Assembly: GCA_963708135.1 (NCBI GenBank)
Contig: OY970192.1
Location: 2,016,001 to 2,080,000 of the forward strand
Source: an uncultured Gemmatimonadales bacterium
GTDB taxonomy: Bacteria; Gemmatimonadota; Gemmatimonadetes; Longimicrobiales; RSA9
DNA: 64,000 bases
Direction of reading: 5' to 3'
The notes under the pieces: model-generated
What the model saw: the letters and a program-made list of their open reading frames with translations, nothing else
Database searches by the model: none
What the model was told of the DNA's origin: nothing
Shown here: one piece after another, positions 62,890 to 64,000 of the stretch
How positions within the stretch are numbered: position 1 is the first letter of the stretch
Layout of the letters: every line of letters begins with the position of its first letter
Made by a program: the position numbers and the translations under genes

Positions 62890-64000
62890 GAGGCCACCTC
62901 TCGGAGCGCGTTCCACTCGCGGACGACGCGCCGCTCGTCGAACGGCACCTTGCGCGTGCCGACGACCTGGTAGTCCTCGTGTCCCTTGCCAGCGAGCAGC
63001 ACCGCGTCGCCCGGCCCCGCCTCCTCCAGCGCCCGCCCGATCGCCGCGCGCCGATCCGTGATGCGCAGAAACGAGCGCCCCTCGAACCCAGCCACGATCT
63101 CGTCGATGATCGCGTCCGGGTCCTCAGTGCGCGGGTTGTCCGACGTCACCACCACGAGGTCCGCGCCCCGTTCGGCCGCGCGCGCCATGAGCGGCCGCTT
63201 GCCCCGGTCCCGGTCGCCGCCCGCGCCGAACACGACGATCAGACGGCCGGGAACCTGCGGCCGCAGGGCCGCAAGGGCGCGCTCCAGCGCGTCGGGGGTG
63301 TGGGCGTAGTCGGTCAGTACCGGGCAGGGCGAGTCGGCCACCCGCTCGAGACGGCCCGGAACCTGGGGCGCGTCCGACAGCGCGGCCGCGACGTCGGCTG
63401 GCGAGATCCCGAGCGCGATCGAGGCGGCCGCCGCAGCCAGGGCGTTGTCCACGTTGTACGCCCCCACGAGAGGCAGCCGCACATCCGCCTCCGCCTGCGG
63501 CGTGTGCAGGCGGAACCGGGCGCCGTCCGGGGCGAGCTCCACATCCCGCGCGCGCACCTCCGCACCCTCGGCCCGCCCGAACGTGACGCGCCGCGGAGCA
63601 CGCGACGCCGCCCCCGCCCACGCCGGTTCGTCCGCGTTCAACACCGCCACACCCTCCGGCCGAAGCAGCTCGAGCAGGGTGAGCTTGGCGGCGCGGTACG
63701 CCTCCATCGTGCCGTGATAATCGAGGTGGTCGCGCGAGAGGTTCGTGAACACGGCGGCATCGAAGCGCAGTGCCTCCAGCCGCCCCTGCGCCAGCGCGTG
63801 GGACGAGGCCTCCATGGCCACGGCGGCGATCCCGTCATCCGCCAGGTCGCGCAGCAGCCGGGCGGACTCCACGGGACCGGGCGTCGTAAGGCCCTCCGAC
63901 CCGGGCAGGAGCGAGCCATCCGCGAGCCGCACGCCCAGCGTGCCGATCGAAGCGGCCGGCGCCGCGCGCGACAGGATGTGGCGCGTGAGCCAGACCGTCG
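62886..64000 (-). CDS. murE: UDP-MurNAc-dipeptide--diaminopimelate ligase (5' end outside the window)
   Basis: LTTP, MEASSH, FTNLSRDHLDYH, DYAHTPD, GAGGDRD, SDNPR (DAP-type), AGKGHE. Confidence 0.95.
   Translation of the reverse strand, partial: TVWLTRHILSRAAPAASIGTLGVRLADGSLLPGSEGLTTPGPVESARLLRDLADDGIAAVAMEASSHALAQGRLEALRFDAAVFTNLSRDHLDYHGTMEAYRAAKLTLLELLRPEGVAVLNADEPAWAGAASRAPRRVTFGRAEGAEVRARDVELAPDGARFRLHTPQAEADVRLPLVGAYNVDNALAAAAASIALGISPADVAAALSDAPQVPGRLERVADSPCPVLTDYAHTPDALERALAALRPQVPGRLIVVFGAGGDRDRGKRPLMARAAERGADLVVVTSDNPRTEDPDAIIDEIVAGFEGRSFLRITDRRAAIGRALEEAGPGDAVLLAGKGHEDYQVVGTRKVPFDERRVVREWNALREVAS

Overview
Very GC-rich chromosomal segment from a Gram-negative bacterium; gene content and order suggest Gemmatimonadota, which is inference only. 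It is mostly core genome. In order: an orphan trpD, an M1 aminopeptidase, a ferritin-like/VIT1 fusion, a tetR-tolC-emrA efflux operon whose emrB survives only as a frameshifted C-terminal remnant, a REC/degenerate HD-GYP regulator, a coupled truA-tal-degP-purB-purC-pssA-purS-purQ-purL-purF run, DUF1003, ppdK, a double-domain nucleotidase plus add facing a TonB-dependent receptor, a minus-strand run (alr-cdd-lipoprotein-FadL-like barrel-miaB-comEC-HExxH protein-fbp), mazG, asnS, a beta-propeller protein, recG, ftsY, a vWA protein, an M23 peptidase and the dcw cluster (murE partial to ftsZ). I found no rRNA, tRNA, cas gene, transposase or integrase. The most notable observations are the unannotated emrB pseudogene, a clean TetR operator/promoter, a possible nucleotide-scavenging module, a 33-bp repeat/33-bp spacer unit, local C-to-G skew switches that ignore gene orientation, and several apparently leaderless genes. 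All calls come from reading motifs by eye; no database search was run.
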